Source: the human T2T-CHM13v2.0 reference genome, Homo sapiens | Length of the DNA: 64,000 nucleotides | Assembly (NCBI RefSeq): GCF_009914755.1 | Contig: NC_060936.1 | Direction: 5' to 3' (one strand) | In this document: positions 40,100 through 60,309 of the stretch, piece by piece | Position numbering within the stretch: the stretch's first letter is position 1 | Layout: each line of letters opens with the position of its first letter | Notes under the pieces: model-generated | Told to the model about the DNA's origin: nothing | Seen by the model: only the letters and a program-made list of their open reading frames with translations | The model's database searches: none | Position numbers and translations under genes: made by a program

Positions 40100-41564
40100 A
40101 AGAACTCTCCATACTGTTTCCATAGAGGTTGTACAAATTTACATTCTCACAAGCAATGTATAAGCACTCCCTTTTCACCACATCCACATCAAAATCTATT
40201 GTTTTTTGTCTTTTTAATAACGGCAATTCTGGGCCAGGTGCAGTGGCTCATGCCTGTAATCCCAGCACTTTGGGAGGCCTAGGTGTGTGGATCGCTTGTG
40301 TCCAGGAGTTCAAAACCAGCCTGGGCAACATGGCGAAACCCCATTTCTACAAAAAATACCAAAAAAAAAAAAAAAAAAAATTAGCAGGGCATGGTGGTGA
40401 ATGCCTATGGTCCCAGCTACTCAAGAGGCTGAGGTGGGAGGATTGCTTCAACCCAGGAGGAGAGGTTGCAGTGAGCCAAGATTGTGGCACTACACTCCAA
40501 CCTGGGTGATAGAGCGACACCTTATCTCAAAAAACAAAACAAAACAACGACAACAACAAAACAAAACTCAATTCTGGCTGGGGTAAGATGGTATTTCATT
40601 GTGGTTTTAATGTGCATTTCCCTGATGATTAGTGATATTCAGCATTTTTTCATATTTTTTTGGCCATTTGCAATATCTTTTTCTTTGAGAAGTGTCTATT
40701 CATGTCATTTGCCTACTTTTTGATGAGATAATTTTTTTTTTCTTGACGATTTGTTTGAGTTTTTTGTAGATTCTGGATATTACCTCTTCGTGGGATGCAT
40801 AATTTGCAAATATTTTCTATCACTTTGTAGGTTGTCTGTTTACTCTGATGATTATTTCTTTTGCTGTGCAAGAAGCTTTTTAGTTTACTTCTGTCCCATT
40901 TATTTATTTTTGGTTTTGCTGCATTAGCTTTTGGGGTCTTAGTCATAAATTCTTTATGTAGGCCAATGTCCCAAACAGTTTTTCCTAGGTTTTTGACTAG
41001 AATTTTTATGGTTTCAGGTTTTAGATTTAAATCTTAAATTCATCTTAAGTTGACTTTTGTATATGGATCCCTATGGAGATAGGGATTCAGTTTCACTCTT
41101 CAGCAGGTGGCTATCCAGTTTTACCAGCACCACTTATTGAATATTGTTCTTTCCCCAATTTATGTTTTTGTATGTTTTGTTGAACACTAGGCAGTTGTAA
41201 GTATTTGGTCTTATCTCTGGATCCTCTATTCTGTTCCTTTGATCTATGTATCTACCTTTATACTAGTACCATGCTGTTTTGGTAACTATAGCCTTGTAGC
41301 ATACTTTGAATTCAGGTAATGTGATGCCTTCAGATTTGCTCTTTTTGCTTAAGATTGCTTTGTCTACTTGAGCTCTTTTTTGGGTCCATATTAATTTTTG
41401 GATTTTTCTAATTCTGTGAAAAATGATGTTTGTATTTTAATAAGAATTGCACTTCTTGATAAAAACCCATCTCTATTAAAAATACACAAATTAGGCTGGA
41501 TGCGGTGGCTCATGCCTGTAATCTCAGCACTCTGGGAGGCCAAAGTGGGCGGATCATGAGGTCA

Positions 41565-42035
<471 letters not shown>

Positions 42036-42227
42036 TCAATTCATAAGAATAGGACATATCTCCATCTGTTTGTATCATCTATGATTTCTTTCAGCAGTGT
42101 TTTGTAGTTCTCCTTTTAGAGATTTTTTACCTCCTTGATTAAAAGAGATCCTTTCACCTCCTTGGTTAAGTATATTGCTAGGTGTTTGTTTTGTTTGTTT
42201 ATTGTTTTTTTTTTGCAGCTATTTTAC

Positions 42228-42321
42228 TTTTTTTTTTGAATCAACAAAATCAGAGATTTATTGAAAACGAAAAGTACACTCCACAGGGTGGGAGCGGGTC
42301 CTAGCAAGCAGCTCAGGAGCC
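42228..42321 (-). mobile_element. Short polyadenylated ERV1 LTR fragment (MER51/MER4-group R region)
   Basis: Minus strand reads 'ggctcctgagctgcttgctaggacccgctcccaccctgtggagtgtacttttcgttttcAATAAAtctctgattttgttgattc' followed by A10. Confidence 0.7.
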
Positions 42322-42653
42322 ACTATTATTATTGTTACTTTTTTTATAGAGACAGGGTCTCGGTATGTTGACCAGACTGGTCTCGAACTCTTGCCCTTTC
42401 ACCTCCTTGGTTAAGTACATTCCTAGTTGTTTTTTTTTTTTTTTGGCAGCTATTTTATTTTATTTTTTTTGCAGCTATTTTATTATTTTTTTTTATAGAG
42501 ATGGAGTCTTGCTATGTTAACCAGGCTGGTCTTGAACTCCTGGCCTCAAGTGATCCTCCTATCTCAGCCTCCCAAAGTGTGAGGATTACAGGTTTGAGCA
42601 ACCACATCCTGCCTTTTGCAGCTATTTTTAAAGAGATTGAGTTCTTGATTTGA

Positions 42654-43152
<499 letters not shown>

Positions 43153-43666
43153 TAGTTTGACTTCCTTTTCCAATTCGGATGCCCTTTATTTTTTTTTCTT
43201 GCCTGATTGCTCTGTCTAAGAATTCCTATTTACTTATTTACTTTAGTTTTCAGAAAACCATAGGTAAAAAGCTAACTTTCAAATTTCTCTTTTTTTGCAG
43301 GCATGCTTCTTTTTTTTTTTTTTTTGAGATGGAGTCTCACTTTGTTGTCCAGGCTGGAGTGCAATGGCATGATCTCAGCTCACCACAACCTCCACTTCCT
43401 GGGTTCAGGCGATTCTCCTGCCTCAGCCACCTGGGCTGGGATTACCAGTGCCTGCCACCATGCCTGGCTAATTGTTGTACTTTTAGTAGAGATGGGGTTT
43501 CGTCATGTTGGCCAGGTTGGTCTCGAACTCCTGACCTCAGGTGATCCGCCCCCTTTGGCCTCCCAAAGTGCTGGGATTACAGGTGAGCCACCGCACCCTG
43601 CCACAGGCATGCTTCTTTTGCAGACGAATATAGAAAACATAGAATACGGCCACGTGTTGTGGCTCA

Positions 43667-44035
<369 letters not shown>

Positions 44036-44341
44036 TTAAGGATAGCTGATTTTTGAAAAGTGATAAAATATAAATATTAGCTGAGCAGAGTTGAAATTGA
44101 CCCTCACTTAATCTATAGTTATCTCAGAACAGGTAAGGATCCATTGCAAAGTGTTCTAGGGACCTAGAACTTCATTCAAAGCGTTAGAAATGTTTACCTG
44201 GCAGGTCATGGAATTGGGAGACTGGTAGTTCTATGTTCAAATCACTAGGATTAGTAAACTTTTGAATGCTTTCGTTGTCAAGTTGGACTTTGTTCTGACA
44301 TTCCTGGGTAGTCTAAGTTCCTTAGAACCAACCACAGCTGA

Positions 44342-44710
<369 letters not shown>

Positions 44711-45082
44711 TGAAGTGTGATGACACAATCATAGCTCACTGCAGCCTCAAACTCCTGGGTTCAAGCCATCCTCCTGCCTCAGCCTCCAGAGTTGCCGGGA
44801 TTACAGGCACACACCACCACACCCAGTTCCAATAGCAGGCTATTATTATGTGCGCCCAGAAGGAAAGAACAATGGAGAAAAGCGTGAACTTTAGAAGGTC
44901 ACTGTGCTTGGTTCCACCACCTCCTAGATTTTGACCTTGAGAATCTGTGTGACTTGATTTCCTTCATTGCATCATGGTACTGATACTACTAATTACCTGG
45001 GGGTAAAACTGTCGGGCAGATTAAAAAGAGCTAATACATCCAAAGTGCTTAGAACGGGAAACACCCAAGATATTCTAGATAA

Positions 45083-45283
<201 letters not shown>

Positions 45284-46429
45284 TGAGTAGCTGGGATTAC
45301 AGGCACCCGCCACCACGCCTGGCTAATTTTTTGTTTTTTTAATAGAGATGGGGTTTCACCATGTTGGCCAAGCTTGTCTGGAAATCCTGACCTCAGACGA
45401 TCCACCCACCTCCACCTCCCAAAGTGCTGGGATTACAGGCGTGAGCCCCCATGCCCAGCTAAAATTTGAGTTTTATTATTATTATTATTATTATTATTGA
45501 GAGAGGGTCTAGCTTTTTTGTCCAGGCTGGAGTGCAGTGGTGCAATCTCAGCTCACGGCAACCTCCACCTCCTGGGTTCAAGCGATCCTCCTGCCTCAGC
45601 CTCCCAAGTAGCTAGGATTACAGGCATGTGCCACGATGCCCAGCTAATTTTTGTACTTTTTGTAGAGAGGAGCCTTCACCATGTTGACCAGGCTGGGCTC
45701 CAACTCCTGACCTCAAGGGATCCACTCGCTTCAGCCTCCCAAACTGGTGGGATTACAGGCGTGAGCCACTGCACCCAACCAATTTTTCTACTACTATTAG
45801 TTTATTTATTTATTGAAACAGAGTCTCATTCTGTTGCCCAGGCTGGAGTGCAATGGCACAATCTTGGCTCACTGCAACCTCTACCTCCTGGGATGAAATG
45901 ATTCTCGTGTCTCAGCCTCCCAAGTAGCTGGGATTACAGGTGTGCACCACCACACCCAGCTAATGTTTTTGTATTTTTAGTAGAGATGGGATTTTGCCAT
46001 GTTGCCCAGGCTGGTTTCGAACTCCTGAACTCAAGTGATCTGCCTGCCTCATCCTCCCAAAGTGCTGGGATTACAGGCGTGAGCCACCCCATCCAACAAG
46101 ACCAAAACCCTGTTTCTTTTCTTTTCTTTTTTTTTTTGGAGATGGAGTTTCGCTCTTTGTTGCCCAGGCTGGAGTGCGATGGCGTGATCTCGGCTCACCT
46201 CAACCTCTGCCTCCTGGGTTCAAGATTCCCCTGCCTCAGCCTCCCAAGTAGCTGGGATTACAGGCATGTGCCACCACACCTGGCTAATTTTGTATTTTTA
46301 GTGGAGATGGGGTTTCTCCATGTAGGTATGTAGGTCAGGCTGGTCTCAAACTCCCGACCTCAGGTGATCCGCCCGCCTCAACCTCCCAAAATGCTGGGAT
46401 TACAAGCGTGAGCCACCGTGCCTGGCCAA

Positions 46430-47160
46430 CACTTTTAATATTAAACAAATAAATGGAAGCTATGTATTCATTTAAGAAAGATAAATAAAAACAAGTAAGA
46501 TAATTATTTACCTAATTTTGGGGGAATCAGTGATGAAGGCAGTCACAGTGGCCATGGGTTAAATTAAGGAATAAATGTTTGCAAAGCAAAAATTGTTGAA
46601 AGTGCCTCCCCTCACCCAAAGCAAACACTGATGAAAATGGCGGCTCTCTGAGCGCTCTTGTGTCACATCACTTATTGTCATGCATTTGTATAATTATCCT
46701 ATACTTTACAAACTTTTATTTTACTATAATTTGTATAAATTTCTTCATTCCTTTCCCAATCTGCTTATTCCAGTTCCGGGTTGAAGGTGGCCAGAGCCTC
46801 TCCAACAGCTCAGGGCTCAGGTTGGAAACAGCCCTGAAAGGACACCATCCCATCTCAGGGTGGGTGCATACCCACAACCACATCTACACTCACTCAGACT
46901 GGGACCATGTAGACAGCCCAATGAACCTAACGTACCCATATTTGGGATGTGAGAGGAAACTGGAGTACCAAAGCAAACCCATACAGACTACGGAGAGAAG
47001 GTGCCAACCCCACACAGGAAGTGCCAACCCCACAGAGGAAGTACCAACCCCATACAGGAAGTGGCCCAGGCCAGGAATCCATTTGTTTTCTCATCAAAGT
47101 TAGAGCCAAAGGACAAAAGAAGGTGGACGGAAAGGATGTGTTATTTGAGGGCTTGATGTA
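46430..47160. mobile_element. MER6 DNA transposon relic, one end truncated
   Basis: 'gcttattccagttccgggttgaaggtggccagagcc...cactcactcagactgggacc...tttgggatgtgagaggaaactggagtacc...ttttctcatcaa...gttatttgagggcttgatg' followed by TA. Confidence 0.8.
47001..47063 (+). repeat. Tandem repeat, 3 x 20 bp
   Basis: gtgccaaccccacacaggaa / gtgccaaccccacagaggaa / gtaccaaccccatacaggaa / gtg. Confidence 0.95.
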
Positions 47161-47399
47161 TGTTCTTTCAGTTTGTGGCTTGGGTTTTAATTTTCTTCAC
47201 AGCGTCCTTTGAAGAGACAAAGTTAAATTTTAATGAAGTTCAGTTTTTCAAGACTTTCTTTTTTTTTTTTTTTTTTGAGACAGAGTCTCATCCCATCACC
47301 CACACTGAAGTGCAGTAGTGGGACGGCACATTGCAACCTCCACCTCCTGAGTTCAAGCAATTCTCCTGCCTCAGCCTCCTGAGTAGCTGGGATTATAAT

Positions 47400-47756
<357 letters not shown>

Positions 47757-47824
47757 TAAACTTTTCTGGAACCTGAACAATGGATATGGGGCAAGAGGTA
47801 ATCCTGCTTAAAATGTAAGTTTTA

Positions 47825-48140
<316 letters not shown>

Positions 48141-48390
48141 TTAGGCCATGCCCAGCCAGTGTTTAAATGCATACTGAAGGTTTTGTTTTTCATTTTGTCA
48201 ACACCTAAGAGGGTTTCTTTATTCTGTTGAGGCTATGTATTAATGGAATATTCCTAAGTGTTTTCAAAGTACATTTTATTCCTAATTGTGAAAAATTTCT
48301 TCCAAAGGAGAAACATATATATTAAACCTGTGTTACATGAGAAAATTTAGCCTTTAACTTTTAAAAGGTTTTATATTTTTATTTATTTAG

Positions 48391-48711
<321 letters not shown>

Positions 48712-48719
48712 TAAAACTA

Positions 48720-50760
<2,041 letters not shown>

Positions 50761-50796
50761 GCTCTTTTCATTTTCTTTAAGATGCTTTTTAATTAT

Positions 50797-51581
50797 TATG
50801 AGTCATGCTTGCCCCTCTAGGTTGATTTCCACCTCCTCTCTGCCCCTGAATGCCTTCCTATATGAAACTCATCAGTGGGCTTTATATTCCCTACTTTCTA
50901 CTTGAGTTTGGCCAGAAAGAGGAACCCCAGCAGGAAGTTGGAGGGAACAGAATGAGGTCAGGGTTTTTTTCTTCCTAGCTCTTTCCCTGCGAGGTTGCAT
51001 GAGGTGCTGCATTTCCTGGCCAAAGGAGCCCTGTCTTGGAGGATTCTCCTTCTCTTTCAGGTTCTGTTGACCTCCCTGTCCCTCCTGTTGGTGGAGGGAG
51101 CTCCTCTACGGCTAACCCAGGCTTCCTGCATTGTTTTCTTGATAGTTCCCCAACACTCTGTTCCTCCTGTTATAGTTAATCCCTTTGTAAACAAACTCTA
51201 GTTGAATCATCTTGGCCTGAGTTTGTCATCTGTTTGCAATTGAAACTTGGCCTGGGCCAGGGGCGGTGGCTCAGGCCTGTAATCCCAGCACTTTGGGAAG
51301 TCGAGGTGGGTGGATCACCTGAGGTCAGAAGTTCAAGACCAGCCTGGCCAACATGGTGAAACCCTGTCTCTATTAAAATAAAAAAATTAGCTGGGTGTGG
51401 TAGTGGGTGCCTGTAATCCCAGCTACTTGGGAGGCTCAGGCAGGAGAATTGCTTGAACTGGTGAGGCAGAGGTTGCAGTGAGCCAAGATTGTGTCATTGC
51501 ACTCCAGCCTGGGCAACAGAGCGAGAGTCTGTCTCCAAAAAAAGAAAAGAAGAAGCAGCAGCAGAAACTCTGCCTGATACA
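50797..51581 (+). mobile_element. LTR33-like ERVL solo LTR with an Alu near its 3' end
   Basis: 'gcttgcccctctagg...tccacctcctctctgcccc...gagtttggccagaaagaggaaccccagcaggaagttggaggg...gaggtcaggg'; ends 'tgcctgataca'. Confidence 0.65.
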
Positions 51582-51625
51582 GAAGTTCTTCACATTAAGA
51601 TTAAGGTGAAATGTTTGAATTTTTA

Positions 51626-52044
<419 letters not shown>

Positions 52045-52149
52045 TTAGGCTGGTCTCGAACTCCCGACCTCAGGTGATCCTCCCGCCTCAGCCTCCCAAA
52101 GTGCTGGGATTACAGGCGTGAGCCACCACAACCCAGCTGACACACACAA

Positions 52150-52420
52150 CATAATTTCTTAAGCCATTCATCCATAAAAAACACTTTATTTGTTTCCATA
52201 TCTTGGTTATTGTGAATAATGCTGCAATGAAAATGGGAGTGCAGATACCTCTGCAACATACTGGTTTTCTTTCCTTTGGGTATGTACCCCGAGGTGGGAT
52301 TGCCGGATCATGTGGTAATTCTATTTTTAATTGGAACCTCTGTACCGTTTTCCATAGTGTCTGCACCAACTTACATCCCCACCAATAGTGTACAGTGGTC
52401 CCCTTTTCTCCACACCCTAT
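52150..52420 (-). mobile_element. L1M ORF2 C-terminal fragment
   Basis: Peptide [53 protein letters not shown]. Confidence 0.85.
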
Positions 52421-52509
52421 TTAATGCATCAGAAGAGATGGAAACAAATAGGCATCTAGTTTCTAATTTGGTACACTCTCAAACGCACATTCCTTAAATA
52501 TCAACTTGA

Positions 52510-52761
<252 letters not shown>

Positions 52762-52812
52762 TAGTAGAGACAGGGTTTCACCATGTTGGCCAGGATGGTC
52801 TTGATCTCTTGA

Positions 52813-53254
<442 letters not shown>

Positions 53255-53330
53255 TGAACTGGGACCCTCCCTCCAGAAAGGCACTCAAACCCTCAGCTCT
53301 CATGTTCTCGAAGCCTATGAGCTGCTAGCT

Positions 53331-53369
<39 letters not shown>

Positions 53370-53488
53370 GAGACAGAGTCTCATTCCATCACCCAGGCTG
53401 GAGTGCAGTAGCATGATCTCGGCTCAATGCAAACTTCACCTCCCGGATTCAAGCGATTCTCCTGCCTCAGCCTCCTGACCTCAAGTGA

Positions 53489-53737
<249 letters not shown>

Positions 53738-53814
53738 TAGTTTTGAACTCCTGAGCTCATGTGATCCTGCTGTGTTGGCCTTCCAAAGTGCTGGGATTAC
53801 AGGCGTGAGGAGCT

Positions 53815-54170
53815 GCTATTTCACTTGCTGTTCCCTTGCCTGAGTCATCTTCCCACAGATGTTCACACGATTAACTTCTTCACCTCCTTCAAGTCTTTGC
53901 CCAAATGCTACTGTCTTAATATGGCATGGCTGGATCACTCTATATAAAGGGGGACCCTCTCGCATTCTAGATTCTCCTTACCCTGCTTGGCTTTTTATTC
54001 TTTCACAAACTATTCATTTTCTACTATGGATTCTAATTCATGCATCAGACCCATGCTTATTGTAGAAATGATACAAAGACAGGAATCTCTGTCTGCTTTG
54101 TTCATTGATGTATCCCAGCATCTAGAGCAGCAACTATTGGTGCTCAGTAGATATTCATGAGACGATTAAA
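53815..54170 (+). mobile_element. L2 3' end
   Basis: 'cacctccttcaagtctttgcccaaatg...gacaggaatctctgtctgctttgttcattgatgtatcccagcatctagagcag...gtgctcagtagatatt'. Confidence 0.75.
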
Positions 54171-54688
54171 GGAAGGCATCTCAGGGACTATCATGGAGAC
54201 AAGAGCAGATCCCTCAGCTCCTCCATGGTTTATCAAACATTTTTTCCAACCCATATAATCCAGTCCTCAAGAGGAATTCTGGTAAATAGATTTCGCCAAT
54301 ATCCTTACATTTATGGTAATATTTTAGAGCTCATTGTAAAGTGTTGTTCTGGATCTTGTCTGTCTGGCCCACTTTTGGTCTGTCTCTGCATCTCATAAGG
54401 GTGCTGGTCTCCTTGAACATTTCTGAAATACTCTAAAATTCACGGCCTATCACACCCTGCATCCATCTTCGCAATAGCGATGACTTTGTTCAGAAATGGA
54501 TTGCTTCCTCCTCCTCACTTCGGAGGCTGAGGTGGGAAAATCACTTGAGCCCAGGAGTTCGAGACCAGCCTTGGCAACATAGTGAGACCCTGTCTTAATC
54601 AAGTGTTTCTTCTTTCATATTTACCCACACTGGCACACCAAGAAACATGAATCGAGACAGTCCATATGTTAACTATAGTGTTATCTGA

Positions 54689-54967
<279 letters not shown>

Positions 54968-55095
54968 TGACCTCAGGTGATCTGCCCACCTCAGCCTCCC
55001 AAAGTGTTAGGATTACAAGCGTGAGCCACCGCGCCCAGCCGAGTATAGGACTTTAAACAAGAAAAAGTCTCTTGCAATTGAAGGGAGCAGAATGA

Positions 55096-55430
<335 letters not shown>

Positions 55431-55895
55431 TAAATCAGGCAAGAGTTTTCACATAATGAAAACTAATTTTACAATACTGAATGATGAATGTTTTCACTGT
55501 TAAAAGCAAAATTGTGTCACTGCACTCCAGGCTGGGTGACAGAGCAAGACCTTGTCTTAAAAAAAAAAAAAGAAAAAAAAAGAAAGAAGCAGCAGCAGCA
55601 AAATTGTTTCCTTAGAATTTTTTTTGAAACTTCACTTGCTTTGTTAGTTGACCTTCTCTTATCCCTTGTTCCTTTTGTCTGTCATTGTTTATTATTATTT
55701 TCATTGTTATTATTTTTTTGTCTGTCATTATTTTAGTTGTTTATGATGTTATGTTTTTTGAAACATACAAAAGCATATATGTGATACTTCAGTGAAATAA
55801 ACACCCATGAGCCCATCTCCTGGCCCAAAAACAAAAAAGAAAATTTTTTTTTTTTTTTTAGACAGAGTCTTGCTTTGTCACTGATGCTAGAGTGA

Positions 55896-56066
<171 letters not shown>

Positions 56067-56256
56067 TGACCTCAGGTGATCTACCCGCCTCAGTCTTCCA
56101 AAGTGCTGGGACTACATGCGTGAGCCACAATGCCCAGCTAAAAAAAATTGTTGTGATAAATTATGCGCCACACCTAGATCATCTATTTCCCTGCCTTCCC
56201 ATTCCTAAAAGTATCCATTGCCCTAAATTTTGTGCTTATTATTCCCTTGCTTTACT

Positions 56257-56283
56257 CACACACACACACACACGATTGATGAT

Positions 56284-56326
<43 letters not shown>

Positions 56327-56337
56327 GATAGATAGAT
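56257..56337 (+). repeat. Compound microsatellite: (CA)8 ... (GATA)10 GAT (GATA)2 GAT
   Basis: Read directly from the sequence. Confidence 0.97.
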
Positions 56338-57182
56338 GTAGACAAATAATATATTGTGTAGTTGTTTATTTTTGAACTCTATAGAAATCATATTTTAAGT
56401 GGTTTTCTAGGTTTTCCTTTTTTCACTGAATATTATGTGTTCAAGATTCTTCCAAGTAATTGCACTTAGTTATAGTTTATTCATTTTCACATTTCTATAT
56501 TCTATTATGTGAACATACCACAATTCACTCATTCTCTTGTCACTATGTATGTGAGTATATATCTATCAGACCTATATATGTTTATCTATCTATACTTACA
56601 TATCTATAGAAAGATATATAGTTTGTAGTTCTTTCCCCTTATAAACATGGCTGCTAAAACCATCTTCTTTCCACATATGTCCTGATGCTTGTATACAAGA
56701 ATTTCTCTTATATATATGCCTGAAAAGGATTTGTGAACTAAGCTTTGCTAATGACTATTTTCTTAAATGGTTGTCCCAATTTAGACTCCTACCAGCAGTG
56801 AATTCTCACTGATGACAACTGGAACCAGAAACTTATAGCCAGTTATAAGCACGTAGCTGAAACTTGGGATCCCATTAATGTGCCTGTTTCCTAAACTTCT
56901 TTGAGTTTACAGGACTCCCCAACCCTTCTTCTCTACTCCCAGTTAACCAGCTAACTTCTGTAAGAACAGGATGCCTCTTCCCTGTAAAAAGGACATTATT
57001 GCCCTGCTAATTAATTTTGTTAAAACAGGGAGAATTGCCACTTACAAACTGCTAGAAAAAAAAAAATTCCTTACCAAAAGGACCTAAATTTAAAGCAGAA
57101 TCAATTGCAAGTCTGTCTTCTTAGTAAACTAGAAAGTGAAAATAAGCATTACAAACCCACTAAGAGATGAAGGGAGGAGTCA

Positions 57183-57542
<360 letters not shown>

Positions 57543-57551
57543 TCATGTCTA

Positions 57552-57853
<302 letters not shown>

Positions 57854-58871
57854 TCAATTTTTCACCTTTTCCTAAAGATTTATGTGAAGAGAAACAATTC
57901 TGAGTCTTAACCAAATTTTTTGAGGCCTTTAGTCTTCAAGGCAATTTTATTTTATTATTATTATTTTTTGAGATGGAATCTCACTTTGTCACCCAGGCTG
58001 GAGTGCAGTGTTGCGATCTTGGCTCACTTGCAACCCCCACTGCCGGGGTCCAAGCAATTCTTCTGCCTCAGCCTCCCAAGTAGCTGGGTTACAGTCATGC
58101 ACCACCATACCCAGCTAATTTTTGTATTTTTAGTAGTGGCGGGGTTTCACCATGTTGGCCAGGCTGTTCTCGAACTCCTGACCTCAGGTGATTTGCCCAC
58201 CTCGGCTTCCCAAAGTTCTGTGATTATAGGCATGAGCCACTGCGATTCAGGGCTAATTTTAAAACAACAACAACAACAACAACAACAAAAGAATTTGGCT
58301 GTGATTTAGCCCACCTCTCTGTGCCTAGAATTAGAATGCAGTAAGATACACCAGTAGGTCCTCAGAGTTTAGCTGCTTCAGAAAGACTAGAAAGTGCCCT
58401 TTCACAATCAGTCATGGTTCAGAACACAAGACTTAAAAAGTCACTACCTTGCTGGCACCCAATGGGGACGATGAGAATGGGTCTGTAGTCTCATCTTTTT
58501 CTGTGCAGCTATGCTGTTCCCTACTAGTCTTGTGTCAGAGAAGTTTCCTCTGTTGGTATAAACACTGGCAGGAGCCATTAAAGTAATTATGGTCAATACA
58601 TAGAGCCTATGGGGAATAGTTGTGCAACCTGATGATCAGGAAGAGGTACCAGACATGGCAAGGGAAGAACTGGGTTTGAGCCCTGGTTCTGCCACTTACC
58701 AGCGAGGCCGCAGGTCCCAGACATGGTAAAAGCAGAGCACTTCTGGTGATATAACAGCTGTCATGGTGAGTGTTTACTCCTGTTCTCAAGCACCATAAAA
58801 GCTCTCAAGGCCAGGTGCAGTGGCTCACGCCTGTAACCCTAGCACTTTGGGATGCCATGGCGGCCGGATCA

Positions 58872-59245
<374 letters not shown>

Positions 59246-59366
59246 TTAGAACTGGTTTGAAAACCTCCACCTCTATCTCTTCCTAACTGCGTGACCTTGA
59301 ATATGCTACTTAGCCTCCCTGAGCCTGTTTCTTCATCTGTAAAATGAGGGTAATTAAGAAAGCAAA

Positions 59367-59743
<377 letters not shown>

Positions 59744-59755
59744 CTAGCCTTCTAA

Positions 59756-60064
<309 letters not shown>

Positions 60065-60309
60065 TAAAACCAGGACTGCCCCAAGCACATTACATAGATT
60101 CCCTGGGATAAATTTACACACTAACCTTACTTATAAGTAAAATTATTATCCACAATTTACAGAAGAAGAAACTGAGAGATTAAGTTATTTGTTCAGGTTT
60201 ACACAGCTAGCAGATACAGAGTCACAGATAGAACTCAGGGACAATAATACCACCTGACAACATTACTGTGAGGCTTAAATAGTCAACTGTGATAACATGT
60301 GGGAGTTAT

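Noticed and set aside
44193-44206. U1 snRNA-like 'ttacctggcagg'
   Set aside because: Only a 12-nt match with no continuation or tail, compatible with chance.
47001-47063. CRISPR-like repeat
   Set aside because: The units are head-to-tail with no spacers, there are no cas genes, and the context is primate DNA.
46660-47212. 147-aa and 87-aa ORFs with repeated peptide
   Set aside because: They lie within MER6, and the peptide repeat only reflects the 20-bp triplication.
54170-54520. Possible processed pseudogene in unique-looking sequence
   Set aside because: The minus-strand frames I translated hit stops quickly with no recognisable protein, the ORF track shows nothing here, and there is no poly(A) or TSD.
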